From Candidatus Latescibacterota bacterium (GTDB taxonomy: Bacteria; Latescibacterota; UBA2968; GCA-2709665), in assembly GCA_965222075.1 (NCBI GenBank), contig OZ244937.1, positions 3,872,001 through 3,936,000 on the forward strand: a DNA stretch of 64,000 nt. The letters are read 5' to 3'. Of this stretch, positions 39,882 to 49,582 are shown piece by piece. Position 1 is the stretch's first letter. Each line of letters starts with the position of its first letter. The notes beneath the pieces are model-generated. The model was given only the letters and a program-made list of their open reading frames with translations. It ran no database searches and was not told the DNA's origin. Both the position numbers and the translations under genes were made by a program.

Positions 39882-42521
39882 TCAGTCTGCTCCAACTACG
39901 GTCGTGGCCAGCGGGATCAAGAAAGAATTCCGCCCTTCGATCTCCCGGAGCGGGAAATAGACCTCCCATGTCGTATCCTCATCGATCCGAAGCCCGTGGT
40001 CGTGCGTCAACACAACCATCTTCTTCCCATCGCGCGTCTCGACCCGGTCGATCTCATAGCCGTGCGTGAAGCCGTTGCCGTGGGTGACAATCATCCACAC
40101 CCCGCGCAGGCTCTCACCTTCAGGAACGTCGGCATCCACAACAAAGGCATCCTGTTCCGAACCGTCGCTCTTGCGTGTTGCGCCCACAACCCCTCCCTCG
40201 TACCGATTCCTTTGAGCCTCCAGCCGCCGGCCACCGGCCGCCAGCTCCTCGCCCTCGAACAGCCACGCGTCGGTCGTCTCTCCCGCTGCCTGTCGTACCA
40301 CCCCCAGGCGTCCTTTCAAGCCGACCCCGTTCGACGTGACCCGTTCCGGATACGGCGGCGCGTCGAGCGTACTGATAATCGTATCCACACCTCCGGCGTG
40401 TGTAACCTGAAGCGCAACAGCCTGGCTGTCGGCAGGAGTCACCGTCAACAGCTCGACACCCTCAACAAACGGATGCCCCGAGAACGGCTCCTCGACCGCG
40501 ACAAAAGTACTCATCAGAGGCGCTTCACCACGCCGTCGAACCACCAGCTGAGGCATCCAGAAGTCATAGACCTTTCTCATATCCCCTTGCGTGCCCTTTC
40601 CCATCCGGCGAACCGAGGGCGCCCGGCCCAGCCACACTTCCGCATCCTCGCCCTGACCCTTAGAACACGCAACCATGTGCACGCGCATCCCCTTCTCCAG
40701 CTCCCCGGCGTAAGCGAAGTCGATCCTGGCGTTCCCGTTCGACTCCCCCCTCTGCACATCGCGGACCATGCCGTACGGATTGAACTTAGCGCCCTGCATC
40801 GTGGGCTCGTCCCACGCCTCGCCAGGTTCCAGCATCCATTTCCGGGGTTCGTCTAAAGGAAGACTGCACGTGGCCATCGTATCCTCATCGGCGTCCCCGT
40901 GAAGCGCCCAGTCGTGAACCCCTCCCCCGCGAACCCGGAAAACGTCCACCACGTAGGCGTCCGAATCGGACACCGGGACCATCGCCAGCATCCGCCGGTA
41001 CAGGTCCAGCCCCTCGATCTCGCCATACCCGCGTCTGCCGTCCGCCTCAACCACACCCACCCCGCCGGTATCGGGGAAAAACCAGAGCAGATCACCGTCC
41101 GACTCGCGGCTGCTCTGATCCGTGCGGTCCACCACAACCGTATTGTGTCCCAGCGTGGTGAGCGTCCAGTGGCGCATCTGCGTCCATGTGTACCCGAGGT
41201 CCGGCAGCATTTCACTGCCTTTGGCAAACAGCGTCAGGTTCAGATTGTCAAGATGACTGTGTCCGTACGCCCCTGAGAAATGCAGTTGAGCCTGCATCTG
41301 GTTCCCGTCCATCCCTCGCCCGAGGGACGCGTGCCCGTAGCCCGGAGCGATCGTGGATGTTGTTCTGTTTCGCGGTTTCGAGCGCCGCTCACCAGCCCAC
41401 GTGTCATGGACCGGTGTCGAACAGCCGTTGGGAAAATCGAGCGCTTGCGGTGCCCGCTGTATATTTACCCAGAACGGAACCTCCCTGTGGGGATCGAGAT
41501 CGTCAAACCGCGTCCCGTCGATCGCATCCACATAGCCCGGCGGATCCGAGTAGCCCCTGACCGTATCGAGCGCGCTTTTCAGCCCGCCCACTGTCATGTA
41601 ATGATACGAGGGCGCCTCCTTCCACATCCCGTCGTAGAAAAAGCCTTCGTCAATGTTCTGCACCATCCACCCGAACGCCCGGTGAACGTAGCCTGGTTCG
41701 TGGATCACCTGACCCAGAATAGCCACGCCGGTCACGTCATACCCCACTATGTTGCCCACATGATAGGTACTCAACGCCGCGACCTCGTAAGTCTCTCGGA
41801 GAAAGTCGTTCTCCAGCTTCTCCCGGATGTTGTATCCCCGCTCTTGAGACAATCGGACAAATTCCTGGCTCTCGTAGACCATATCGTAGGCCGCAATCAC
41901 GTCTTTGGGTATCTCACTGTGGAAATAACCCCATCGCCCCGCGTCCCAGTTGAAAGGCGGCTCTTGAGACTCGCAGAATCTGACGTTGCGACAGGACCGA
42001 TTGTGCAGTGCAGGGTAGTGGGGATAAACCTGCGCGCATCTGTCAAGCACAAGCACCACACGTCGTGCGTACTGTTCCTTGCCTGTCACCTGGTATGCCT
42101 TGCCCAGCGCCAGGCACTGCTCTAAGAGCCACCGCCGTTTGTACAACAGCAAGTGCATACTGAAGAAATGAGGGATCTCACGGGCTTCATTGAGGTAGTA
42201 CGGCAGACGAACCTCTTCGCCAGGCCTGTTCTTACCGGACAAGATCCGGTCCTCCCGATACTTTTCGCTGGGATAGGGCACCTCGCCGCAGTAGCGGCAT
42301 TTCAGCTCGTCCGGCCGGTCAACCGTCCACGTGAACACTCCGTTGCCCTGGACGCCACCGTAGCAGTTGGGACATTCGCAGCAAGATATGTATCCGTATT
42401 CCGGCACAAAAGAAACCACCCCCTCCTCGCCCATCGCCATCACGCGCACCACCGCATTCTCGTACTCAGCCGCTCTGGCCTTGTCGATCTGATAATCTCG
42501 AACCGAATGTTTGACATCCAT
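39882..42521 (-). CDS. Heparinase II/III-like protein
   Basis: 'DGMWKEAPSYH', 'GHSHLDNLNL', 'DLGY', 'HNTVVVD'. Confidence 0.78.
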   Translation of the reverse strand: MDVKHSVRDYQIDKARAAEYENAVVRVMAMGEEGVVSFVPEYGYISCCECPNCYGGVQGNGVFTWTVDRPDELKCRYCGEVPYPSEKYREDRILSGKNRPGEEVRLPYYLNEAREIPHFFSMHLLLYKRRWLLEQCLALGKAYQVTGKEQYARRVVLVLDRCAQVYPHYPALHNRSCRNVRFCESQEPPFNWDAGRWGYFHSEIPKDVIAAYDMVYESQEFVRLSQERGYNIREKLENDFLRETYEVAALSTYHVGNIVGYDVTGVAILGQVIHEPGYVHRAFGWMVQNIDEGFFYDGMWKEAPSYHYMTVGGLKSALDTVRGYSDPPGYVDAIDGTRFDDLDPHREVPFWVNIQRAPQALDFPNGCSTPVHDTWAGERRSKPRNRTTSTIAPGYGHASLGRGMDGNQMQAQLHFSGAYGHSHLDNLNLTLFAKGSEMLPDLGYTWTQMRHWTLTTLGHNTVVVDRTDQSSRESDGDLLWFFPDTGGVGVVEADGRRGYGEIEGLDLYRRMLAMVPVSDSDAYVVDVFRVRGGGVHDWALHGDADEDTMATCSLPLDEPRKWMLEPGEAWDEPTMQGAKFNPYGMVRDVQRGESNGNARIDFAYAGELEKGMRVHMVACSKGQGEDAEVWLGRAPSVRRMGKGTQGDMRKVYDFWMPQLVVRRRGEAPLMSTFVAVEEPFSGHPFVEGVELLTVTPADSQAVALQVTHAGGVDTIISTLDAPPYPERVTSNGVGLKGRLGVVRQAAGETTDAWLFEGEELAAGGRRLEAQRNRYEGGVVGATRKSDGSEQDAFVVDADVPEGESLRGVWMIVTHGNGFTHGYEIDRVETRDGKKMVVLTHDHGLRIDEDTTWEVYFPLREIEGRNSFLIPLATTVVGAD

Positions 42522-42551
42522 CGCCGTTCCTCCCGCGTCTCAGTCTACGGA

Positions 42552-44105
42552 TCAAGGCCGTACGGCCTTTGATTCTATCGTCCCCCGCAGCGGACCGAAC
42601 ATCCCGTAAGCCCACTCAATCTGCGCCTCTTTAACGCGGGCCGCGAGGGCTTCGGTGATCGGCGCCGAAGCGAGGGCCCGCTCGTCCTGTTCGATTGAAA
42701 TACGCTCTCCGGTAACCGTGAACCGCAGGGTCGTCGGCTTTCCGGTCCATGCAATCGCGCCCACGGCGCAACCCGGCTTGCGCATCCGGTAAACGGCGCG
42801 ATACTGATTCCACACCTCGTCGTCGTGCAGGAACTCAAGCCGCATATCGCGCTCGTTGCAGCCTTTGGCACTCAAAGAAATGTACAGCGCATCGCCCATC
42901 GGGTTCAGTCCCGTGACGCGCTGGCCCCATAAATTCCCCACAATCTGATCCTCGTGGTTGTTGTTATGGTCGGCAACTTTGTCGTCCCAGGGATGTACCA
43001 TCTCATTCGTAATCTCCGGCGTCTCAAACATGCGTTTCACAAAGTGCCACCTGTCCTCGTGCGCGTCATACCGCCACAGCTCGGCCCACGGCCACACGCC
43101 CACGTACAGGTCCCCGCCGTAGATGCACGTCGTCTGCGCCTCCCGCGCCCGGTCCGACACGCCCGGCATCACCGGAGGCGCGCCCTCCAGGTGGCGGAGC
43201 GCTTTGCCGTCATATTCGAACAGATTCCCCGTCGGGTACTGCCCGATCAGCATCCTGTCGTACCAGTTGAGCATCGAATAAAGCTGAAAGCTGACCCCTG
43301 TCTTCGACGGGCGCACCACCTTCCACTGCGAGCCGTCGAACGCATACACGCCGCCCATATTGGACGAATCCAGGATCTGGTCGCCCACCTGGCCGATGGC
43401 GAACGGCGTCTCCCCGGGGTATTTCACGTCCAGGGTAACGGCTCTGCTCAGATCAACAGAACCGCTTCCGGGCACCCACGGAACGGCATAGAGCCGGCTA
43501 TAAGCCGGATCGCTCTCCTGGCTGTCGTGGAAAAAGACCAGGTGGCCCAGCGCGTAGTAGAAGTGGTGGTAGCGGCCGACCTCCGGCTTCGTAAGGACTT
43601 GAGTGCCGTCGAACCAGGCTTCACCCCCTTTGAACTGCAGCACCCTGCCGGCAACGCGCATCTTGCCCTCACCGGTGTTCGTTACACGATGGCCGAAGCT
43701 GTCGTCCACCTGCCAGGCGCCGGCCCCGTCGTCCCACCAGCGCACGACACGATCCTCGTAGTGGCTGAACTGGTGAACCCGGCCGTCCAGATCGAACAGG
43801 TAGGTCCCCCCGTCGTCCGACGGCGGAGGCAACTCTTCAAACGTGGGGGCGCTGTCCTCGTCCCGCACGAAAAACTGAAGCGTGTACCGGTCCATGCGAA
43901 AATGGGTATTGTACAGGCCCGCAAATCCAGCGCCGAAAACCACGCGGCCTTCCGCGTCTTTCGCTTCAAACAGCGAACCCAAGTTCTGCCCGATATCCTC
44001 GCCAAAATCGACGGTCGTGGTAATCTCCATAATCGGTTCCTCCCGAACCTGCGTCCCGGTACACGCGGACAGCAGCAGCAAAGCAGTAAGTGTGATACGG
44101 ATCAT
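42552..44105 (-). CDS. Hypothetical lipoprotein, probable beta-propeller
   Basis: Lipobox 'LLLSAC'; repeated 'VYAFDG', 'LFEYDG', 'LWRYD' strands. Confidence 0.7.
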   Translation of the reverse strand: MIRITLTALLLLSACTGTQVREEPIMEITTTVDFGEDIGQNLGSLFEAKDAEGRVVFGAGFAGLYNTHFRMDRYTLQFFVRDEDSAPTFEELPPPSDDGGTYLFDLDGRVHQFSHYEDRVVRWWDDGAGAWQVDDSFGHRVTNTGEGKMRVAGRVLQFKGGEAWFDGTQVLTKPEVGRYHHFYYALGHLVFFHDSQESDPAYSRLYAVPWVPGSGSVDLSRAVTLDVKYPGETPFAIGQVGDQILDSSNMGGVYAFDGSQWKVVRPSKTGVSFQLYSMLNWYDRMLIGQYPTGNLFEYDGKALRHLEGAPPVMPGVSDRAREAQTTCIYGGDLYVGVWPWAELWRYDAHEDRWHFVKRMFETPEITNEMVHPWDDKVADHNNNHEDQIVGNLWGQRVTGLNPMGDALYISLSAKGCNERDMRLEFLHDDEVWNQYRAVYRMRKPGCAVGAIAWTGKPTTLRFTVTGERISIEQDERALASAPITEALAARVKEAQIEWAYGMFGPLRGTIESKAVRP

Positions 44106-44361
44106 AGTCCACCAACACATATCGACTAACGGCCAAGCCCTCCTCAGGCAAGCCCGCTGATAAGGGTATCTAAGTGCATCACAAACTCAAGCGTCAGCTC
44201 GATCCGGGACCCCAGCGTCCGATACCCCTCCCAGTGCCAGCATCCCTCCGACCTCTGTGTCTCGATATACCAGTCGCCCATCCGACAGGACCTGTTATTA
44301 CCATAAGCAAGCCCCATTCATCCTCTTTTTCTCCGGTGAGCCCGCCGGGCGCGCGGCAGGC

Positions 44362-44910
44362 TTACAGATCCTTTATCATCCACACCAGGTCGGAGACCCC
44401 GCCCGGAGCGAGATCCGAACGTATCCAATCCGGAAACCGCCCCATTTCCCGGTAGCCCATGCTGGTGTAAAGGTGGTAACCGCGGCCGTTGGCGCTCCAG
44501 ACCGTCAGGTCAATACGCCCTTTCCCAAGCCGCCGCGCCTCCTCCCCTAAAGCGACCATCAGCCGGCGGCCCAGCCCCATGTCACGAAACTGCTTGAGAA
44601 TCAGCAGCCCCAGAGTGATGGAACCGTCGCCGCCGGAGGCGATCAGCGTCCCCTCTCCCACGATGCGGCCGTGCGTTTCCACAACCAGCAGCACGCCCAC
44701 GCCGCAGGCCATGTCCGTAAGCCGCTTGCCCAGCAGTTCTCCTGCGACCCGGGTGTTGGCGTTCCGGGGGCTCGCCATCACCCGCTCCTGATACAACTCA
44801 CGGTGCATGGCGCCGTAGGGCTCCAGATCCCGCCACCGCGCCGTACGCATCACAAAATTCCTGCCGGCGGCGCTCCATTCCTCGATAAAACGCCCCTGGT
44901 CCGTACTCAC
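44362..44910 (-). CDS. GNAT-family N-acetyltransferase
   Basis: 'QFRDMGLGRRL', 'N..GYHLYTSMGY'. Confidence 0.85.
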   Translation of the reverse strand: MSTDQGRFIEEWSAAGRNFVMRTARWRDLEPYGAMHRELYQERVMASPRNANTRVAGELLGKRLTDMACGVGVLLVVETHGRIVGEGTLIASGGDGSITLGLLILKQFRDMGLGRRLMVALGEEARRLGKGRIDLTVWSANGRGYHLYTSMGYREMGRFPDWIRSDLAPGGVSDLVWMIKDL

Positions 44911-45115
44911 TGGCAGCCTCCTCGATCCACGGTTTGACGCTCCGGAGGTGACGGCTTTCTACGGGTCACGACGAGCCTGTCGAGCCGGTGACAAGGTCGG
45001 TCGGTTTCCGTGGGTGTTGAAGATCACTTGAGAAAGTACTATGATTTCGGCAAAGTTCAAGATATTTTAGTCTGAAATACTGACACAACCTGGTCCCAGA
45101 TGGAGGAAGCTACCC

Positions 45116-45940
45116 ATGCAGATGACCTCTGACAGCGTTATTGTAAACGATGCCCGGCCCTTCGGCGAAAAAGAGACCGAACAGATCGTCGAACAATTTC
45201 ATCGGGATGGGTACTATTTTCTGGAAAATGTCCTCACCCTGGAGGAAATGGAGGCGCTCAGGAACGGCATGGAGCGGAAGTACCAGGACCCCCGCATGCA
45301 CGAAGACGAGGCGGGCGACCACATTCGCGGCACCAGCATGATGCGGATGTATGAATACGACCGCAACTTCCGAGACCTGATCATCCGCGAACCCCTCGTC
45401 AGCCTGGCCGAGACCATCCTGGGCGAGGACTGTCACATGATGTCCCAGAACGCCCTGCGCTACGACCCCGGCAAGGGCGGGGGGTGGCACATAGACGACC
45501 GGCTCCATTTCCCACTGCCGGACGACCTGCCCCGGCACGACCCCAGGGTTCGGCTGCCCTGCTTTGTGCTCAACGTACTCATCCCCCTGAGTAAAGCAGA
45601 CTCGACCGACTACGGCGTCACACAGGTGGTCCCGGGCAGCCACTATTCCGGCCGGCAGCCCAACAGCAAGGAAAATCCCTCTTTTGAAGGCCGGGGGCCG
45701 GTCTCGCTGGTTGCCAAACCGGGAGACCTCTACATGTTTCACAACCAGGTCTGGCACCGGGGCTCCCCCAACAACTCCGACCAGGTACGCTACGTCGGCT
45801 CGGTCGTCTACAGCCAGCGCATGATCGCCCAGCGGCTCTACCCCTTCATCAATTACCGGATGCCGGACCACGTATGGGAGGATGCAAGCCCGCGCCTGCA
45901 GCGGCTGCTGGGCAGACACAAGAAGGGGGCGTATGGGTAA
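45116..45940 (+). CDS. PhyH-family dioxygenase
   Basis: 'FHRDGY', 'WHID', 'VVPGSH', 'WHRGSPN'. Confidence 0.9.
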   Translation: MQMTSDSVIVNDARPFGEKETEQIVEQFHRDGYYFLENVLTLEEMEALRNGMERKYQDPRMHEDEAGDHIRGTSMMRMYEYDRNFRDLIIREPLVSLAETILGEDCHMMSQNALRYDPGKGGGWHIDDRLHFPLPDDLPRHDPRVRLPCFVLNVLIPLSKADSTDYGVTQVVPGSHYSGRQPNSKENPSFEGRGPVSLVAKPGDLYMFHNQVWHRGSPNNSDQVRYVGSVVYSQRMIAQRLYPFINYRMPDHVWEDASPRLQRLLGRHKKGAYG

Positions 45941-46065
45941 ACTTCAGATAAAATTTGGCCTTGTGGAAGTCCTGTACTTCATGCTCCGGGTACACAGGGG
46001 ACTTCGAGTTGGCCGCATCCGATTAAACCAAACCTCAGATTTTCAAAATTTTTAAAAAGAACCCC

Positions 46066-47271
46066 ATGACCTTTGAAGACCCAAAAAACAGCATCCTCAT
46101 CGACAGCGACTTCCCCTGCAGTAGCGCCGGCCCGATCCGTGTTCCGGATGCGGGTGTCTACGAAGTCGATTACCAGCGAGAGGAACTGCCGCAGTGGTTC
46201 CAGGCCGTCCTCGACGAACGCTTTGAAGGACGCGGGGTGCCCAAAGAGTACATGGCCCACGTCCGCGTCCGGAACACGGGCGATGAGCCCAGGCGCATCA
46301 CCCTCCGGTTTCTGCTCAGCGAAAGGGGCGCAAGCTACATGTACCCGCCCTGGTGGGTCCGTCGGGACGGCGGCTGGTCCTGGATACCGCCTGAAGACAC
46401 CGCTTATGACTATGCGAACCTCACCAACGACACGACCGTGGAAGTCAACCCCGGCGAATCGATCCGCATCGCCTCCGCGCCCTACGAGGAGCCGGACGCG
46501 GTCTGCGAAAAGGCGCGCCGACTCGCCCAGCGGTCTCCCGTGTGGACCTACCGGGAGATCGGCCCCACCGCGCAGGGGCGCCCCATTCCCGTCCTCGAAA
46601 CCGGGCCGCGCCCGCTCAAGGTGCTCGTTGAGGCCACCATGCAGTCCTGCGAGCCGGTCTCCTGGGGGATTATGCACGTCGCACACTGGCTCACAATCCC
46701 CACCATGCGCGCCCGCCGTCTCCTGGATCGGGTGCAGTTCTGCCTTCTCCCCATAACCAACCCCGACGGAGTATTTGAGGGACACAGCGTGACCAACGCG
46801 GCAGGTGAGGTGCCTAAATTCGGAATCAACGACCTGGTTGAGGGGAACCGCCCGGCCCCGCGTGAGACCGAAGCGGTCTGGAACTACCTGCTCGAACTCA
46901 GACCCGACGCAGAGATCGAGGTGCACGCCCATTTCACGCGGGAAGGATTTACGCGCAGCATCGGCATGCAGGACAGGAGCTCGATGCCCGAAGCGCTGCA
47001 GGCAAAAGCTGCAGTTATCGAGGATGCGATCTTCGCAAACTTCCACGCCGACCCCCTGGACAATCGAAAGGTCTTGATCGACCCCGGAAAGCCCGAACAC
47101 AACGTCTACGGCGACCGCCACGTCAGCGAGAAAGCCGGGGTCATCCGGACCTTTCTCCAGGCCGTCCCGGACAGCCTGGAGTCCCACGCCGCGGATGTGC
47201 GGGAGATCGTCGAAACAGTATCCGAAGCCTTGATTCAGTGGAAGTCAGATAAGAAGAAGGAAGACCCTTAA
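46066..47271 (+). CDS. M14-like zinc carboxypeptidase fold protein (atypical metal site)
   Basis: 'IGPTAQGRPI', 'NPDG', 'IEVH'; QSCE where HxxE is expected. Confidence 0.65.
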   Translation: MTFEDPKNSILIDSDFPCSSAGPIRVPDAGVYEVDYQREELPQWFQAVLDERFEGRGVPKEYMAHVRVRNTGDEPRRITLRFLLSERGASYMYPPWWVRRDGGWSWIPPEDTAYDYANLTNDTTVEVNPGESIRIASAPYEEPDAVCEKARRLAQRSPVWTYREIGPTAQGRPIPVLETGPRPLKVLVEATMQSCEPVSWGIMHVAHWLTIPTMRARRLLDRVQFCLLPITNPDGVFEGHSVTNAAGEVPKFGINDLVEGNRPAPRETEAVWNYLLELRPDAEIEVHAHFTREGFTRSIGMQDRSSMPEALQAKAAVIEDAIFANFHADPLDNRKVLIDPGKPEHNVYGDRHVSEKAGVIRTFLQAVPDSLESHAADVREIVETVSEALIQWKSDKKKEDP

Positions 47272-47277
47272 CCTTTG

Positions 47278-47299
47278 GGGGTTTTAAGACAGCTTCTAA
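47278..47299. repeat. Dispersed 22-nt repeat (IS-end-like)
   Basis: GGGGTTTTAAGACAGCTTCTAA, identical to 52020-52041. Confidence 0.75.
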
Positions 47300-48030
47300 G
47301 GACGCTTTCTTCGGTACTGCCTGGCCGCAGCACCCGGTTCGAACGACGCAGGGTGAAAGTTTCCGATGCCGGCGTCCCACCGCACCTGGCTCATCGGCAT
47401 AACGCCGCCGTCCTCGAACTGAACCGCCGGCTGTCCGTCCGGCAATCCTGTTTCCGAAACCACCGCGCGGGCTCTGGAAAGCCAGTCTAAGAGGTGCTCC
47501 GCGTGGGGTGGCGGGGGCAGCCAGGCCTGGTACTGCTTTCGCAGCGTCTCGATCAAGCACCCTCCGCCCTCCTCCTCAACCAGCCACGGTCGGCTGCCCT
47601 TTATCTTCATAAACTCATCGTGCAGCCTCAGTGCCTGGTCCTTGTACTGGCGCAGCGTTCGCTCCTGTTCACTCGCAACCGACCGGATGGCTTCGGCAGC
47701 CCTGTCGACCTCCTCGGCTTGGGCCTCCTCAAAAGCCTGCGGTGATTGGATACGCTGCCAGATGGCGCGCTCGGCCTCTTTGGCCTTCTCCCTGCCGACC
47801 TCTTCAACCGTCTCCATTGAGGCAAGGATCTCGCGCACCCTCTCACGTAAGGTCCTGTACTCCTCCAACCTTTGACTCATGCGTCCGACCATATACACCG
47901 CGTCGTCCACCAGCCCGGCAAGCATTCCATCCGGATCGGATGCGACCCGGTCGTAGTCCTCGTACAGGCGCTTCTTCAGCTCGTCCGTAGTCCCACATAC
48001 ATCGCTGAACAATGTCTGTCGAAATGCCAT
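47296..48030 (-). CDS. Hypothetical coiled-coil protein
   Basis: 244-aa ORF with AAAGGAG/GAGG RBS, E/R/A-rich helical N-terminal part; no family recognised. Confidence 0.7.
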   Translation of the reverse strand: MAFRQTLFSDVCGTTDELKKRLYEDYDRVASDPDGMLAGLVDDAVYMVGRMSQRLEEYRTLRERVREILASMETVEEVGREKAKEAERAIWQRIQSPQAFEEAQAEEVDRAAEAIRSVASEQERTLRQYKDQALRLHDEFMKIKGSRPWLVEEEGGGCLIETLRKQYQAWLPPPPHAEHLLDWLSRARAVVSETGLPDGQPAVQFEDGGVMPMSQVRWDAGIGNFHPASFEPGAAARQYRRKRP

Positions 48031-48330
48031 CCTCAGCTCCTTTCACCTCGCGTTGTCCTGATATGCCTCCCCCAAAAAAGGTGACAGCCTATTCGACAAA
48101 TCCTTTATATTTTCTTTGACTTCTATGCCGCTCCAAAGGCATCATAATCATATTGGGCACCCTTGTGCCAGTACTTTCTGACCAGGCCAGTGACGAGACG
48201 GTCCACTTGCGGACAAATCAAACCGAAAGGACGGACGTAAGGTAAGATAAATTACGGGGGGCTGCCGGAGAGGAATAGTCCGGAGGATGTGGCTGCACCA
48301 TGCGATGGAACAGCGACAGGAGGACAAACG

Positions 48331-49545
48331 ATGAAAATAAACCGGGACCAATTCCTCAAAGACGGATATCTTGTCCTGCGCAGCGTCGTCCCGCCCGATG
48401 AGCTGGATATTCTGCGCGCCGAATACGAAATCCTGGTCGAACGCCAGAAAGCGATCTGGGCGCGTGACCGCAGCCCGGACGATCCCGGCGTGTGGGAAAC
48501 CTCGCCCCAGCCGCGTCTGCACCTGAACCGGAGTCCCCTGGCCGATCTGATCGACGAGCAGACCGCCAACACCGTGGAAATCTGGCTGCACGAAAACATA
48601 CAGGGCGTCAGCAGCCAGCTCCTTGGCGTCCAGGACGCAGCGGCCACAGAGATGATGCTGATGTGCAATCCCGTGCGCGACCACGGTCCGGCCGCCTGGC
48701 ACCGCGACCTCCACCCCATCGACACCGCTCCTCTCCAGGGCTACATCGAAGACATCATCGAGGCCGGACCCCGATACGTGCAGTGGAACCTCTCGCTCTA
48801 CGATGACGACGTGCTGCAGGTCATCCCCGGCAGCCACCTTCGCTTCAACACCCCCGAAGAGAACGAACAGCTGCTAACCGATCCTCGAGCCCCACTCCCT
48901 GGCAGCGTCCAGACGCACCTGAAGGCCGGCGACGGCGTCGTCTACATCCTGCCCATCCTCCACTGGGGCAGCAACTACAGCACGAAGATGCGACGCACCG
49001 TTCATGGCGGTTTTTCAACCTTCACCCAGTACAATAATCCGAATTATACAAACCATCTGTCTGCCCGCGCCCGGTCAGTATTTGAACGCTGGGCACAGCA
49101 CAGTGCGCAGATACAAAACATCACCGAGTCCGTGCTTAGAGCCGCAATTGAAAAAGACGCCGCCGCCTACTGTGCCGGCCTGGAAAAGCTCCACCCGGAA
49201 AGGGGGGATAAAGGGGGGGTGCTCTCAACCGTATTCCTCTGCAAAGCGGCCTATGCCATCACCCTCAAACATCACCCCGACCTGGAAGGGGCGCCCGATG
49301 ACCTCCGCAGACGGGTGGCAAGCCCGCACCCGATCACCCTCAACTGGGGCCCGGCGTTTGCCGATCGCTTCTCAATGGAAGAGGCAGACCTTCTGTGGCA
49401 GCGGTTCAAGCCCCTCGATGCCCTCCTCCAGACGGACGGCGAGCACTTCGTCCCCGGCTTCCAGTCCGGTCCTATGCGGTATTTCTTCAACGAAATGCCG
49501 GCCAATTTCGGCCTCCAGGACTTCATCGCCGGCTGGGATGGGTGA
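48331..49545 (+). CDS. PhyH-family dioxygenase with C-terminal extension
   Basis: 'FLKDGY', 'WHRD', 'VIPGSH', 'LHWGS'; AGGAGG RBS. Confidence 0.85.
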   Translation: MKINRDQFLKDGYLVLRSVVPPDELDILRAEYEILVERQKAIWARDRSPDDPGVWETSPQPRLHLNRSPLADLIDEQTANTVEIWLHENIQGVSSQLLGVQDAAATEMMLMCNPVRDHGPAAWHRDLHPIDTAPLQGYIEDIIEAGPRYVQWNLSLYDDDVLQVIPGSHLRFNTPEENEQLLTDPRAPLPGSVQTHLKAGDGVVYILPILHWGSNYSTKMRRTVHGGFSTFTQYNNPNYTNHLSARARSVFERWAQHSAQIQNITESVLRAAIEKDAAAYCAGLEKLHPERGDKGGVLSTVFLCKAAYAITLKHHPDLEGAPDDLRRRVASPHPITLNWGPAFADRFSMEEADLLWQRFKPLDALLQTDGEHFVPGFQSGPMRYFFNEMPANFGLQDFIAGWDG

Positions 49546-49582
49546 TTGTTCGCGGTGGTGGTTTGACTCCAAAAAAACGAAG

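Noticed and set aside
48266-48286. GGAGAGGAATAGTCCGG resembling the RNase P RNA GAGGAAAGTCC motif
   Set aside because: It has an extra base, no matching 3' conserved element was found, and a CDS starts about 50 nt later
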